The notes: generated by a model not told the origin, from the letters alone. A stretch of 64,000 nt of DNA from an uncultured Gammaproteobacteria bacterium (GCA_964493305.1 CAZBLW010000002.1:76677-140676), one strand, 5' to 3'. Counted from the stretch's first letter, positions 1-9,901 are shown. Translations and numbers: made by a program.

Positions 1-1
1 G

Positions 2-280
2 CTAATTGTTAGTGGTAAGGTATATAATGTAACTAATTATATTAACCTTCACCCTGGTGGTAGCAACAGAATCATTCCTTATTGCGGACAGGACGCTACG
101 CAAGCATTCTTAACTCAAGGTGGCGGCGGTAGTCATTCTAGTTTGGCTTTTGCTGATCTAGCTCAACTTTATATAGGTGATGTTGGTACGCAAACTTCAG
201 CAACTAATTTACAGCCAAATCCTGCTCCGACTCCGACGGCTGTAAATTCCAGTGATGAGCATGAATACGAAGATGATTAA
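2..280 (+). CDS. Cytochrome b5-like heme-binding domain protein, 5'-truncated at the window edge
   Basis: Frame 2 translates to ...LIVSGKVYNVTNYINLHPGGSNRIIPYCGQDATQAF..., which carries the HPGG heme-binding signature of the cytochrome b5 family. Stop codon TAA at 278-280. Confidence 0.5.
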   Translation, partial: LIVSGKVYNVTNYINLHPGGSNRIIPYCGQDATQAFLTQGGGGSHSSLAFADLAQLYIGDVGTQTSATNLQPNPAPTPTAVNSSDEHEYEDD

Positions 281-286
281 TAAATT

Positions 287-574
287 ATGAAATCATATCT
301 ATTATCAAAAAAAATTCATCGTTACTTGGTAATTGTTATTGTATTTTTAACCATGTTAATGGCGACAACTGGTGGGATTTTGAAATATTCCAGTTTTTTT
401 AGTAGTTTTAGTTTTATCGATTTGGGACTTGTTCGTTATTTACACAATCAAATGAGCCCATTTTTTACTGTTGCACTATTGTTGATGGGTATCACTGGTT
501 TAGTAATGTATTTTTATCCCGCGGTAGTAGCTAGAAAAAGAAAAAAACAATCAGCAGAACTTCCCAAAGAATAA
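287..574 (+). CDS. Small hypothetical membrane protein (95 aa, two predicted TM helices)
   Basis: ORF with two hydrophobic helices and a basic C-terminus. It starts tightly after the upstream gene and is followed by a terminator hairpin. Confidence 0.4.
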   Translation: MKSYLLSKKIHRYLVIVIVFLTMLMATTGGILKYSSFFSSFSFIDLGLVRYLHNQMSPFFTVALLLMGITGLVMYFYPAVVARKRKKQSAELPKE

Positions 575-575
575 A

Positions 576-607
576 AACATCAAGATTTAAATCTTGATGT
601 TTTTTTG
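576..607. terminator. Bidirectional rho-independent terminator between convergent genes
   Basis: Perfect palindrome aacatcaagattt/aaatcttgatgtt followed by a T-run. It is A-rich on the 5' side, so it can act for the minus-strand NUDIX gene too. Confidence 0.55.
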
Positions 608-646
608 AGTTGCAACCTAATTATCCAGTACAAATAATTGGTTTAT

Positions 647-1066
647 TTAAAGACGTTTATTTAGATCTAGCAAAGCTAGTTTAGTAATCCTGGTTAAATT
701 TTTATTTTTAATTAATTCTGATATTTTTTTTACAATCATTTTTTCTCCCTCCTTTAGTTTAAGTTGCTTTACTTTTATATTTTCAACAAAAAAAATTTTA
801 ACTCCATAGCTCACCCCATCTTGTTTTTGGTTTTTGTAATAAGTTCCCAATTCATGGAGGATAGAACTATTTATTTTAATTTCTAATTCCTCGTCTAACT
901 CCCTGATCAAGGCAGCTATCACTTTTTCTTTTGGTTCGATTTTGCCACCAAACATACTAATTTTTCCTGGATTGGGTTTATAGTCTTGAGTTTTCTGTTG
1001 TAGGATTATTTTTTTATCAGGGGTAATTAGAATTGCATGTACACCCAAAATATTTTTTTTGTTCAT
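647..1066 (-). CDS. NUDIX hydrolase
   Basis: Contains GGKIEPKEKVIAALIRELDEELEI, an exact fit to the Nudix box Gx5Ex7REUxEExGU. Size 139 aa. Confidence 0.75.
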   Translation of the reverse strand: MNKKNILGVHAILITPDKKIILQQKTQDYKPNPGKISMFGGKIEPKEKVIAALIRELDEELEIKINSSILHELGTYYKNQKQDGVSYGVKIFFVENIKVKQLKLKEGEKMIVKKISELIKNKNLTRITKLALLDLNKRL

Positions 1067-1122
1067 AAATTAATATTAGCAAATAATTATTATTTACTGA
1101 ATTTATTTTTTATTTAAAGCAT

Positions 1123-1150
1123 TGACTTTTAGCAAAAATTATGCTATAAT
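1123..1150 (+). promoter_or_regulatory. Sigma70-like promoter for the 1201 gene
   Basis: TTGACT, 16-nt spacer, TATAAT. It shares the extended motif TTGACTTTT(A)GC(C)AAAAAT with the promoter at 16351. Confidence 0.45.
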
Positions 1151-1200
1151 TATTAAAGTTGAGTATAAAAAATTAAAAAATAAAAATTAAAATAAAATTT

Positions 1201-3354
1201 ATGAAAAAAATTAATATTATTTTACTTTTAGCTTTAATATTAGGTCTGACAGCACCTAATTTTTCTTTAGCTACAACCAGTACCCAAGCGGACTCTTTGA
1301 GTTCGCCTTATTTATTTGCTTTGGCTGGACAAAGTGATACTGAAGGTTCGGTAAATTTTGACATTTATGCTAGCTTCAACAGAGTCATTTCGGGTGCTTA
1401 TAGATCCGGTATTGGTTTGCAAAAAGCCATAATGACTTTTTATCCTTTCAATGGTAGCGAGGTAAAAGAGTGTACCTATGATCTATTGGCCAATACCAAT
1501 GATTGTAATTTACCGGATTATTTGACTACAGCGAGCGGACAGGTTAATAACCAAGCCGTAGTAAAAATAAATTTTGCCAGTAGTACCAATACTTTAGAGA
1601 AAGTTAAATTCCATCTATATTACGCAACCAGTACCAATCCAACGGGTTATACTTTCAACGTTGGTGATTCGATAAGTAATGACGGCTGGGGAGGTGATGC
1701 CAGTACACAAAGTAATGATGCGGAAATGCAAATTTATAACACCACTTTGGATGCTTATGGTAATGATCAAGCTAGTATTGATGGAGTAAATAGAAACATT
1801 GTTCACTTGTCCAATGTCATACATCAAGGTGCTTTTGTTGTTGTCACCGTAAAAAACAATTATCTTGGCTGGGAAATAGAAAATATTGGTTCCACAACTA
1901 CTGATATCCAAATTTCCAATCTTATGGCTTCAAATATAACTGCCAACGGAGCTAAATTTAGTTGGGATACCAACGTGCCAACAGCAATGGACTTTGGTTA
2001 TAAAAAATCCACTGACAGTCAATGGACATGGAGCGAAAATCAAATTCTAGAAACTCATCATGAAAAAACCTTTACCAACTTTGACCCCAATACAGCATAT
2101 AATTATCAAGTAAGAGTTAGAGATAATTTAGGTCAGTTAATCACTTCGTCGGAGATAAAAAGTTTTACTACTCTACCAGTTATAGCTGTAAACAAACCCG
2201 ATTTGATAATTGATAAAGTTACCTTACTGACGACTGGGGAAAGCAATAAATCAGACAATGCCAACCAAGACGTCAGTTTCAATGTTATTATAAAAAATAT
2301 TGGAGATACCACTACCACTAGTACTTTTTACGTATCAGGGGAAGTGCCTCCTTATACGAGCAATTCTTTTCAACATCGGCAGTCAAAGTCAGTTAGCGGT
2401 GTGCTATCAGCCAATGCTACAAAAGAAGTAGTAATAGGTCCTTTGCAATTACCACTGGGACAAATTGTAAAAGATCCAGCCAGATTTTATGTTGATAAGG
2501 ATTTATTAAATTCTGCCAACAATGATTTAGTCATAGAAAGCAGAGAAGATAATAATGCTTATGAATTTAATTTTTGTGAAGATGCCGATAGTCAATTTAA
2601 GTGTAAACCATCTATCTTTGTAACTGATGATGAAGCCACTAGTACCACTGATTCATCAGCTGAAGAAATCCAATCAGGAAATATAAAAGTTTTACGAGAT
2701 AAAATAAAAGAACAGGAAATGGAAATAAAATATTTAAAAAATATAAATAAAGATTTAAGTAAACTCAATGAATTGATGAAAGAAAAGTTGAGTCAATTCA
2801 TGGCTTACGGGGTAGATGATAATACTCAAAAATTGGGTGAGGGTGAGAGAGCGGCGGTATTGTATTCATACCAACAGGCATTTGGTAATTTGCCACAAAC
2901 TGATGCGGATTTAAATGATGTGGTAAGAATTGCCAATGGTCGTTGGCCCAGTATGAAGAATAAATCAGCAGAAGAAAAAGCCACTGCCAAGTTTAAAGAG
3001 ATTTACCAAAGAGATCCAAACTTAAACAATCCCAATGACAATGCAGCTGTTGTGATTATGGCTTATGGACTTCGTCAAAAAGCAGAAAATCGCAAGTTAA
3101 ATAGTGAGCAAAAAGGTCTCAAAATATTTGATGATTTATTTGGCAAAATACCTTCTTCAACTGAAGAGTGGAATACTTTACAAGCCATAACTTATTCGGG
3201 CGCAACTAGAGAAATTATAGATAGTGACAATGATGGTTTATCTGACAATATGGAAAAAAAATTTGGTACTGATCCCAATAACTCTGATACAGATGGTGAT
3301 GGTTATTTAGATGGACAGGAAGTGGTAAATAATTATAACCCTTTGAAAAAATAG
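1201..3354 (+). CDS. Secreted surface protein (717 aa) with CARDB/Fn3-like beta domains, a coiled-coil segment and C-terminal Ca-binding (thrombospondin-type-3-like) Asp repeats
   Basis: N-terminal signal peptide (MKKINIILLLALILGLTAPNFSLA). 'PDLIIDKVTLL...NVIIKNIGDTT' resembles a CARDB domain. C-terminal DSDNDGLSDNMEKKFGTDPNNSDTDGDGYLDGQE forms Asp-rich Ca-binding loops. Confidence 0.55.
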   Translation: MKKINIILLLALILGLTAPNFSLATTSTQADSLSSPYLFALAGQSDTEGSVNFDIYASFNRVISGAYRSGIGLQKAIMTFYPFNGSEVKECTYDLLANTNDCNLPDYLTTASGQVNNQAVVKINFASSTNTLEKVKFHLYYATSTNPTGYTFNVGDSISNDGWGGDASTQSNDAEMQIYNTTLDAYGNDQASIDGVNRNIVHLSNVIHQGAFVVVTVKNNYLGWEIENIGSTTTDIQISNLMASNITANGAKFSWDTNVPTAMDFGYKKSTDSQWTWSENQILETHHEKTFTNFDPNTAYNYQVRVRDNLGQLITSSEIKSFTTLPVIAVNKPDLIIDKVTLLTTGESNKSDNANQDVSFNVIIKNIGDTTTTSTFYVSGEVPPYTSNSFQHRQSKSVSGVLSANATKEVVIGPLQLPLGQIVKDPARFYVDKDLLNSANNDLVIESREDNNAYEFNFCEDADSQFKCKPSIFVTDDEATSTTDSSAEEIQSGNIKVLRDKIKEQEMEIKYLKNINKDLSKLNELMKEKLSQFMAYGVDDNTQKLGEGERAAVLYSYQQAFGNLPQTDADLNDVVRIANGRWPSMKNKSAEEKATAKFKEIYQRDPNLNNPNDNAAVVIMAYGLRQKAENRKLNSEQKGLKIFDDLFGKIPSSTEEWNTLQAITYSGATREIIDSDNDGLSDNMEKKFGTDPNNSDTDGDGYLDGQEVVNNYNPLKK

Positions 3355-3382
3355 CTCTTAATCAATTAGTAATCAGATTAAA

Positions 3383-3409
3383 AACCGCCCCATCTCGGAG
3401 CGGTTTTTC
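3383..3409 (+). terminator. Rho-independent terminator
   Basis: aaccgc...gcggtt stem followed by TTTTT, directly after the stop of the 1201 gene. Confidence 0.45.
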
Positions 3410-3536
3410 TTATGTCAAAATATGTAAAAATGGGGTGGCAATTCGTGGAATATGGCAAACTATTCTATATGGTATAAATCTTTACAAATTATCTATATTT
3501 AGCTAAACTTGTGGCGTCTTATTTTTAATAAAAATT

Positions 3537-4163
3537 ATGAAAAAACAAACCACAACCATTGTGTCGCTACTGGTACTGCTCCTGATTATTTTAGGAGGGT
3601 ATTGGATTTGGCAAGTCAATCAATCTAAACCAAATCAGGATCAAAATACACAACAGAATGTAGATCAAAATACTAATCAAACTCAAGAACCAGAGGTTAT
3701 TACTTCTGACATAGATACTTCTGATTGGTTGACATATAGAAATGAAGAATTAGGGTTTGAGTTTAGACATCCAGCCAATGTAACATTAGTCGAAGAAAGT
3801 GATGATCAAATATTTCAAAAAAAATTATTATTTAAATTTCCAGATAAAGAAGGGTATTTTTGGTTATCAGTAAAAGAAAATCCTCTACATTTAAATGCAG
3901 TCGAAATAAAAGATAAATTTTATAAAAATGATACTTACAGCTATCATTATGCAGAAAAATTTATTTCTATTGATGGTATAGAATCATATAAACAAGGACG
4001 TTATGATTTAGGGATTATAGAATATTATAGCATACCAACAAGTGATAAAATATTTGTATTTAATTTTGAATTTAATTTTGATAATAGTGATAAATCAATA
4101 TCTAAAAAGTACTCAGACTTAATTAATTTAATTATAAGTTCATTTTCTATAAAAAATAAATAA
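3537..4163 (+). CDS. Hypothetical membrane-anchored protein (208 aa)
   Basis: N-terminal TM anchor, then a Gln/Asn-rich linker and a soluble domain. No recognisable motif. Confidence 0.45.
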   Translation: MKKQTTTIVSLLVLLLIILGGYWIWQVNQSKPNQDQNTQQNVDQNTNQTQEPEVITSDIDTSDWLTYRNEELGFEFRHPANVTLVEESDDQIFQKKLLFKFPDKEGYFWLSVKENPLHLNAVEIKDKFYKNDTYSYHYAEKFISIDGIESYKQGRYDLGIIEYYSIPTSDKIFVFNFEFNFDNSDKSISKKYSDLINLIISSFSIKNK

Positions 4164-4255
4164 TAAAAATAAAATGTACTTTAAAAATTAAAAAAATGCA
4201 GTTGTAATATTGCATAAATAAATCAAAGTTATCACAAATAAAAAAGGAGTAAGAA

Positions 4256-7200
4256 ATGAAAAAGTTTCTTTTGTTTTCGTTTGGTTTGCTATTTCTGGTA
4301 TTTAACAGTTATTCACAAAGTCAGATGGATGGTTTTATATTACCAGCTGATGTAATGGAGAACGGTTGGCAATACTATTATAGTAGAAGTTTTTATTATG
4401 ATCAGAATCACTTGGGAGCTGATATTAATCTTGGTGAGGGAGTTCCTATCAAGGCGATAGCTACAGGTAAAATAGTTTTTTATGGTCCCGCATCAAGCTA
4501 TGGAGAATTGCTTGTAGCAATAGAGCATACTTTACCAGAAACAATTAATTTTTTGGATGCTAATGGTTCTATAAAAACAACAAACTCAATACTATCTATT
4601 TATGGTCATCTCCGTGCTAGTCAAATAAGGGGTGGTACACAACTTACTTGGAGTTACGGTCAGATTGTCCAGCAGGGAAGTATTATTGGTTATATTAATG
4701 ACGACGCACATAATGGTGATGGTGCCGAACATTTGCATTTAGGTATAAGATTATCTAACGAAGTTACGGCAAAAAGTGTAGATGGTTCAAAATGGCTTCG
4801 TGGTTATAAGATTAATGCTGATGGAACAAATTCAGGTATGCAAATATATTTTACAGATCCAATACCATGGATTTTAGGTCTAGCTCAATATCAATCTTCA
4901 CCATCCTGGCATTCTTATTCAAATAATCAACCATCTATTTCATTTGTCGATGCACATAATCGATATCCAAACAATATTATTGCCTATAATGTAAATAAAT
5001 TTATTGGTAATCCAAATGATAAGGGTGGTGGGAGATATGTGCACTATTGGTCATTTACTAATAATCCGATTAATAGTAATGGTGTCTGGGTTCAAGATTA
5101 TAAAAATACAAATGTAAATACCCGTTTTGGTATTGATGGCGAAACTGCGGTTATCCTAAATGAGCAAAATAAACAAGCTTATGTTGTTAAAGAAGGATTT
5201 TGGGGTTGGTATAAAAGACATGATGGGTATTATAATTTAGGTTCTCCTTTAACAGAAGAATATCAAGTAAATAGTAGTGGACATATGCGTCAAGATTTTA
5301 CTTTTGGGAAATTGTTATGGGCGCAACCTAGTACTGGAGGAGATTGGGAAATTATTCCTCTGTATAACAACATGTCTTACATGAATGAGTCTCGGATTAA
5401 TTTAGTATTTAACGAAGGTGGCGACAGACCTCTGCAGATAATTCCAAAGACAGTAAGAAACGAAGTTATTACCAAAGAAGGTGAACGTATTATTACTTAC
5501 TATCGCAACGGTGTACAGATACCTGCGCCACAGCCACAATCTTCAATCAGTGGCCAAGGTGGATATATTCCAGATAGCCCATTGTCAGGTGTAGAAATTT
5601 GGCATGGGAGTGAATATCTTGGAAATACCCCATTAGAAATCAATGGGTATGAAAGCTTTATTTACGAACTCACAGCTAAAGTGAATGGAGTGGATGTGCC
5701 TTTTTCTTTTGAAGCGCATGACGGCATGATAGTTGAAGTGCCAAGTAGCAATCCTTCAGGTGGTGGACTCGCAGTAGTGAATACTTTCACAATCACCCCA
5801 CCAAATCCAAATCCAGGTGGCGATAATGTAACGTTATCTGCAACACTTGGAAATACTTCTGGTAACTCAGCTTTTTATAACTATATTGAATTAGTAGTGT
5901 TGGATGCGAATTTTCAAAGCACTGGATTAAGAGAAGTAGCCTTTGATGTAACTATTCAAAATAGTAGTACCTATTCCATAAGCAGAACTTTTTCAATCAA
6001 TACTTCTGGAGAATATTATGCAGCAGTTCGTTACTCTATTGATAATCTGAACTGGAGTTATTTTGCTCCAGGAAGTGGGAACAATCCAGTATGGTTTCGC
6101 GTAGGTTCAGCACCAGCGCCAACAGGTGAATTAAAAGTAAGTTCATTTGTAGCTCAGAATGCGGATAACCTAGAACCAAACGAACCTCATTCGCTTGAAA
6201 TAACTCTTAATGAAACTTTAGGAGAACCAGTATTATATGATGTTAGTGTTGATCTTTTGGATGCACAGATGCAAATGGTTACCTATCAGCTTTCATATTG
6301 GGACAGCATAACAGTGAATGCAAATGGTAGTTGGGTGGGATTTGCGCCTAGTATTTCTATTGCGAATACTGGGCAATATTATTACCGAGTACGAGGATTT
6401 AACTATAGTACCAGTCAATGGTCTGTATTAAATACTACTGGTTCGGGAGTCAATCCTTTAGGAGTATCGGTAACAGAAGATAGTGTAGTACAAATACATC
6501 ACTGGGCATACATACCCGATACCTTAAAGGTGGATACTACTTTTACTGGATGGTGTAATTTAGAAATACCAGTTGGTAATGCAGTAGTGTATGACACTGT
6601 TGCATTTTGGATTTTAGATAGTCAGATGCAGAAAGTCGGAGAGGCAAACCAACGATTTACTAATGTAACATTTAATCCAAATGTAGGAGTCAATTTTCCT
6701 GTTGTGATGACCACTCCTTCAATTCCAGATCTATATTATGTCGAAGCAGTAGGTTATATGAGTGGTGGATGGAGCCAGTTTCAACCAATATGGAATTTAG
6801 CAAATCCGAAACCATTATTTGTATATTCTGAAGTAATCAGTGGCACTGTAGTCTTAGATCAATTCTCAGTTTTACAAACCCCTATTATTTGGTGTGATAG
6901 TCTCAGGGTAGTTGTACAATTGAAAGAGACAAATGGTTATCCATTGTATTTGGATTCAATAAAAGTTGCGTTGAAAAGTAATACAGGTACTTTTATACGG
7001 TATTGTGAATACAAATGGACGAATGTATTTATTGAGGCTAATGAAACATTTGACTTAGGTACATTTCGTGAATTGATTTACGATCCCATGGGTACTTTGA
7101 TGAGTAAAACATATCAATTGGAAATCTTTTATAGCAGCGGAAGTGGTAGTTTAGTACATATGGGAACAAGTTCAGGAATAAATAATCCTATTACCTTTGA

Positions 7201-8704
7201 AGTAGTTGTACCTTCTGCTATTCAATCAAAAATTATCGCCAGTGACCCTTATCCTAGCGATCAATTTGGTTGGTCAGTAGATATTGATGGTGATTATTGT
7301 GTCGTTGGTTCAGCTAAAGATGATGATAAAGGCGCTGATGCGGGTTCAGCATATGTATATCATTTGGTAAATAACGTGTGGACTCAGATAGCTAAAATTA
7401 CTGCCAGTGATGGAGCTGCTGGTGATTGGTTTGGCTCAGCAGTTGCGATAGATGGCAATTATATATTGGTTGGATCGCAATTTGATGATGATAGAGGTAC
7501 AAGTACAGGTGCAGCCTATCTATATTATATAAATAAGACTACTCAAGAAGTATTCCAAACCAACAAAATATGTCCATCATATCTATCAGGTGGCATGTTA
7601 TTTGGTGCCGCAGTGGATATATCTGGAGATAAAATAGTTATTGGTACTCCGTATTTTTATAACGGAGGTGCTGCTTATTTATTCTATCGCGAAGATGAAA
7701 GTGTTCGTAGTTATCAAAGAATCAATGAGTATAATGGCACAAATGGAGATATGTATGGGTATTCAGTTGCTATCAATGGCGATTATGTGGTAGTTGGAGC
7801 AAATTCAGATGCTAATACAGTATCTCGTGGTGGTGCTGCATATGTCTATTATTATAATCTTAATGATCTTTATGTAACTGAGTTAGGGAAAATAGTACCT
7901 AATGATGTAGCTATTGATGATTTTTTTGGGTATGATGTTGCAGTTGAATATCCTTATGTAGTGTCCTCAAGTCGTGGCGATGATGATAAAGGTTCAAATT
8001 CTGGTTCATTTTATGTATATAAATCTGATTCATCTGGGTTTTCCCAATTTGCAAAACTCACGGCATTTGATGGAGCTGCAAATGATCAATTTGGACATAG
8101 AGTAGATATTTGTTCTGAATATATTGTCAGTTCTGCATATTTTGATGTAGCTGGTTATTATCGTTCTGGTTCAGCTTACCTGTTCAGGGTTGTTGATGAT
8201 ACCGTATTCTATATGCGGAAAATTATACCTAGTGATGGTAGGAATAATGATAATTTTGGTTATTCTTTGGCAATAGATCAAGGTAGAATAATTGCCGGAT
8301 CATATTATGATGATCATAGTAATTTTGTTGATCCAGGTTCTGCATATATTTATACAGGATTTACTTCTGTTCCATTGGCTAAACAATCCATATTTGAACA
8401 GGAATTAGGTGAGTTTCAAATCCCAGAGCAGTACACATTAGAATCAAACTATCCAAATCCATTTAACCCGTCAACGACTATAAAGTATAGTCTGCCAACT
8501 ACAGAACAGGTATCACTGAAAGTATATAATATACTCGGTCAGGAAGTAATTACTTTAGTTGATGAACTGCAGGATGCTGGATATAAACAGATTGTGTGGA
8601 ATGGTAGAGATTCCTACGGTAGTCAAGTTGCTAGCGGTGTCTATATTTACCGTCTGCAAACAGATAAATTCGTACAAAGTAAAAAGATGATATTACTTAA
8701 ATAA
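4256..8704 (+). CDS. Large secreted multidomain protein (1482 aa): N-terminal M23-type metallopeptidase domain, about seven FG-GAP (integrin-alpha-like) repeats, and a C-terminal T9SS-type sorting domain (Por_Secre_tail-like)
   Basis: Strong Shine-Dalgarno (aaaaggagtaagaa) and a signal peptide. M23 motifs HLGAD...HLHLG. Repeats such as DQFGWSVDIDGDYCVVGS...GSAYVY occur about seven times. The C-terminus NYPNPFNPSTTIKYSLP...VSLKVYNILGQEV...WNGRD..G..VASGVYIYRLQ...KKMILLK fits the T9SS C-terminal-domain consensus. Confidence 0.7.
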   Translation: MKKFLLFSFGLLFLVFNSYSQSQMDGFILPADVMENGWQYYYSRSFYYDQNHLGADINLGEGVPIKAIATGKIVFYGPASSYGELLVAIEHTLPETINFLDANGSIKTTNSILSIYGHLRASQIRGGTQLTWSYGQIVQQGSIIGYINDDAHNGDGAEHLHLGIRLSNEVTAKSVDGSKWLRGYKINADGTNSGMQIYFTDPIPWILGLAQYQSSPSWHSYSNNQPSISFVDAHNRYPNNIIAYNVNKFIGNPNDKGGGRYVHYWSFTNNPINSNGVWVQDYKNTNVNTRFGIDGETAVILNEQNKQAYVVKEGFWGWYKRHDGYYNLGSPLTEEYQVNSSGHMRQDFTFGKLLWAQPSTGGDWEIIPLYNNMSYMNESRINLVFNEGGDRPLQIIPKTVRNEVITKEGERIITYYRNGVQIPAPQPQSSISGQGGYIPDSPLSGVEIWHGSEYLGNTPLEINGYESFIYELTAKVNGVDVPFSFEAHDGMIVEVPSSNPSGGGLAVVNTFTITPPNPNPGGDNVTLSATLGNTSGNSAFYNYIELVVLDANFQSTGLREVAFDVTIQNSSTYSISRTFSINTSGEYYAAVRYSIDNLNWSYFAPGSGNNPVWFRVGSAPAPTGELKVSSFVAQNADNLEPNEPHSLEITLNETLGEPVLYDVSVDLLDAQMQMVTYQLSYWDSITVNANGSWVGFAPSISIANTGQYYYRVRGFNYSTSQWSVLNTTGSGVNPLGVSVTEDSVVQIHHWAYIPDTLKVDTTFTGWCNLEIPVGNAVVYDTVAFWILDSQMQKVGEANQRFTNVTFNPNVGVNFPVVMTTPSIPDLYYVEAVGYMSGGWSQFQPIWNLANPKPLFVYSEVISGTVVLDQFSVLQTPIIWCDSLRVVVQLKETNGYPLYLDSIKVALKSNTGTFIRYCEYKWTNVFIEANETFDLGTFRELIYDPMGTLMSKTYQLEIFYSSGSGSLVHMGTSSGINNPITFEVVVPSAIQSKIIASDPYPSDQFGWSVDIDGDYCVVGSAKDDDKGADAGSAYVYHLVNNVWTQIAKITASDGAAGDWFGSAVAIDGNYILVGSQFDDDRGTSTGAAYLYYINKTTQEVFQTNKICPSYLSGGMLFGAAVDISGDKIVIGTPYFYNGGAAYLFYREDESVRSYQRINEYNGTNGDMYGYSVAINGDYVVVGANSDANTVSRGGAAYVYYYNLNDLYVTELGKIVPNDVAIDDFFGYDVAVEYPYVVSSSRGDDDKGSNSGSFYVYKSDSSGFSQFAKLTAFDGAANDQFGHRVDICSEYIVSSAYFDVAGYYRSGSAYLFRVVDDTVFYMRKIIPSDGRNNDNFGYSLAIDQGRIIAGSYYDDHSNFVDPGSAYIYTGFTSVPLAKQSIFEQELGEFQIPEQYTLESNYPNPFNPSTTIKYSLPTTEQVSLKVYNILGQEVITLVDELQDAGYKQIVWNGRDSYGSQVASGVYIYRLQTDKFVQSKKMILLK

Positions 8705-8715
8705 GTAATTTTTAT

Positions 8716-8746
8716 GAACTTGTCTAGAAATAGACAAGTTTTTTAA
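8716..8746 (+). terminator. Rho-independent terminator
   Basis: aacttgtcta gaaa tagacaagtt followed by TTTTT. Confidence 0.6.
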
Positions 8747-8797
8747 TTAGTTATTTTTGATACATAAAAAAATACCTGATTAAATCAGATATTTTTT

Positions 8798-8872
8798 TGG
8801 GGTGGCTAGAGGGAGTTGAACCCTCGCCAGCGGGACCACAACCCGCTGTTCTACCGTTAAACTATAGCCACC
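8798..8872 (-). tRNA. tRNA-His (anticodon GTG)
   Basis: The reverse complement folds as a cloverleaf: GGTGGCTATAGTTTAACGGTAGAAC...TTGTGGT anticodon loop...GAGGGTTCAACTCCCTCTAGCCACCCCA. It has G-1, discriminator C73, an encoded CCA and a GUG anticodon. Confidence 0.8.
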
Positions 8873-8907
8873 ATGATAAATTAGTATAAAGTATTAAGTG
8901 ACAAGTA

Positions 8908-9207
8908 TCAAGCAGGAGGAAGATTTTTTTGTTTTGGTTTTTTGTATGTTAGTTTACCAATGAGCAAAATTAGTAAGTAAATAATAATTGTTCCGATCAA
9001 GCCGGCTAGTGAGGCGGAAAGATATTGATTATTTATGCCCAAGATTTGATAATCAGTCATTAGGGAAGTGAAATTTGATTCTGGCCAATGTAGACCAGCC
9101 AACTGGGCACTTGCTTCTAAGCCATCAGGATTGTTTGAGGCCAGCAGTGATAAACCACCGGCAATTATTAATGAAAGTATAAAAACTTTTGTCCATTTAT
9201 TTTTCAT
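8908..9207 (-). CDS. cbiN: CbiN-like small membrane protein (cobalt/nickel ECF transporter accessory component)
   Basis: 99 aa with two TM segments flanking a periplasmic 'NPDGLEAS' region. It overlaps the 3' end of the upstream CbiM gene by 11 nt, which is the usual cbiMN arrangement. Confidence 0.45.
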   Translation of the reverse strand: MKNKWTKVFILSLIIAGGLSLLASNNPDGLEASAQLAGLHWPESNFTSLMTDYQILGINNQYLSASLAGLIGTIIIYLLILLIGKLTYKKPKQKNLPPA

Positions 9208-9901
9208 TGCTTCTGCTCCACAAGTTATAATTGTATTTTCTCAGTAAGAACAATATTAATAATGTGATTAATCCCTCAACCAAACCAATTAGTAAATGAT
9301 ATTTCAGCATAATAGGTGCAACCAAGGAAAATATTGTTACACCAGAAATTACCATTACCAAAGAGGTACCCAAGGCTGCTAGCAAAACTGATGTAAAAGA
9401 ACTGATAAATATTTTAATGTATAAATTTTTATTTTTAATTAAGTAAACACCATAAGCAGTTAAAACCGTAAGAACTCCCATATTGAAAATGTTTGCCCCC
9501 ATGGCCAATAACCCACCATCGGCAAAAACTATTGCTTGTACTGCAATTACCAAAGTCATCACAATTATTGCTGACCAAGGTCCAAGTATAAAAAAAGCCA
9601 AGGCTCCACCAACAAAGTGCCCGCTAGTGCCACCAGCTATAGGAAAGTTGACCATTTGTAAGGCAAAAATTAGAGCTGCAACTGAGGCAGCGGCATATAT
9701 TTTTTCTTTACCACTATCTGTGAAGCGAATTGTTTCTTGACTGGAAGTTTGTGGTTCCGTAGCCAATTGTCCAGAAAAAATTTTTACTTTTTTCAGTACC
9801 CCAGTTTTTACTTTGGCTAGAGCCAGTGAAAATGCGCCAATGGCTGCGCCAAACAGAGCTGAAGCTGTACCTGGGTTTAAAAAGTCATTTGGTAAGTGCA
9901 T
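9197..9901 (-). CDS. cbiM: CbiM family ECF transporter substrate-capture component
   Basis: The N-terminal 'MHLPNDFL' matches the CbiM/NikM MHIxDG signature start. A polytopic membrane protein of 234 aa. Confidence 0.65.
   Translation of the reverse strand: MHLPNDFLNPGTASALFGAAIGAFSLALAKVKTGVLKKVKIFSGQLATEPQTSSQETIRFTDSGKEKIYAAASVAALIFALQMVNFPIAGGTSGHFVGGALAFFILGPWSAIIVMTLVIAVQAIVFADGGLLAMGANIFNMGVLTVLTAYGVYLIKNKNLYIKIFISSFTSVLLAALGTSLVMVISGVTIFSLVAPIMLKYHLLIGLVEGLITLLILFLLRKYNYNLWSRSNEK

Noticed and set aside
1615-2318. Antisense ORFs 1615-1911(-) and 2133-2318(-) inside the 1201-3354 gene
   Set aside because: They are fully embedded opposite a long, well-supported CDS, have low-complexity translations and no start context. 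They are spurious frame artefacts.
9483-9740. ORF 9483-9740(+) antisense to cbiM
   Set aside because: It is embedded opposite a conserved transporter gene. Its translation is alanine/proline-rich, typical of the reverse frame of membrane-protein genes.
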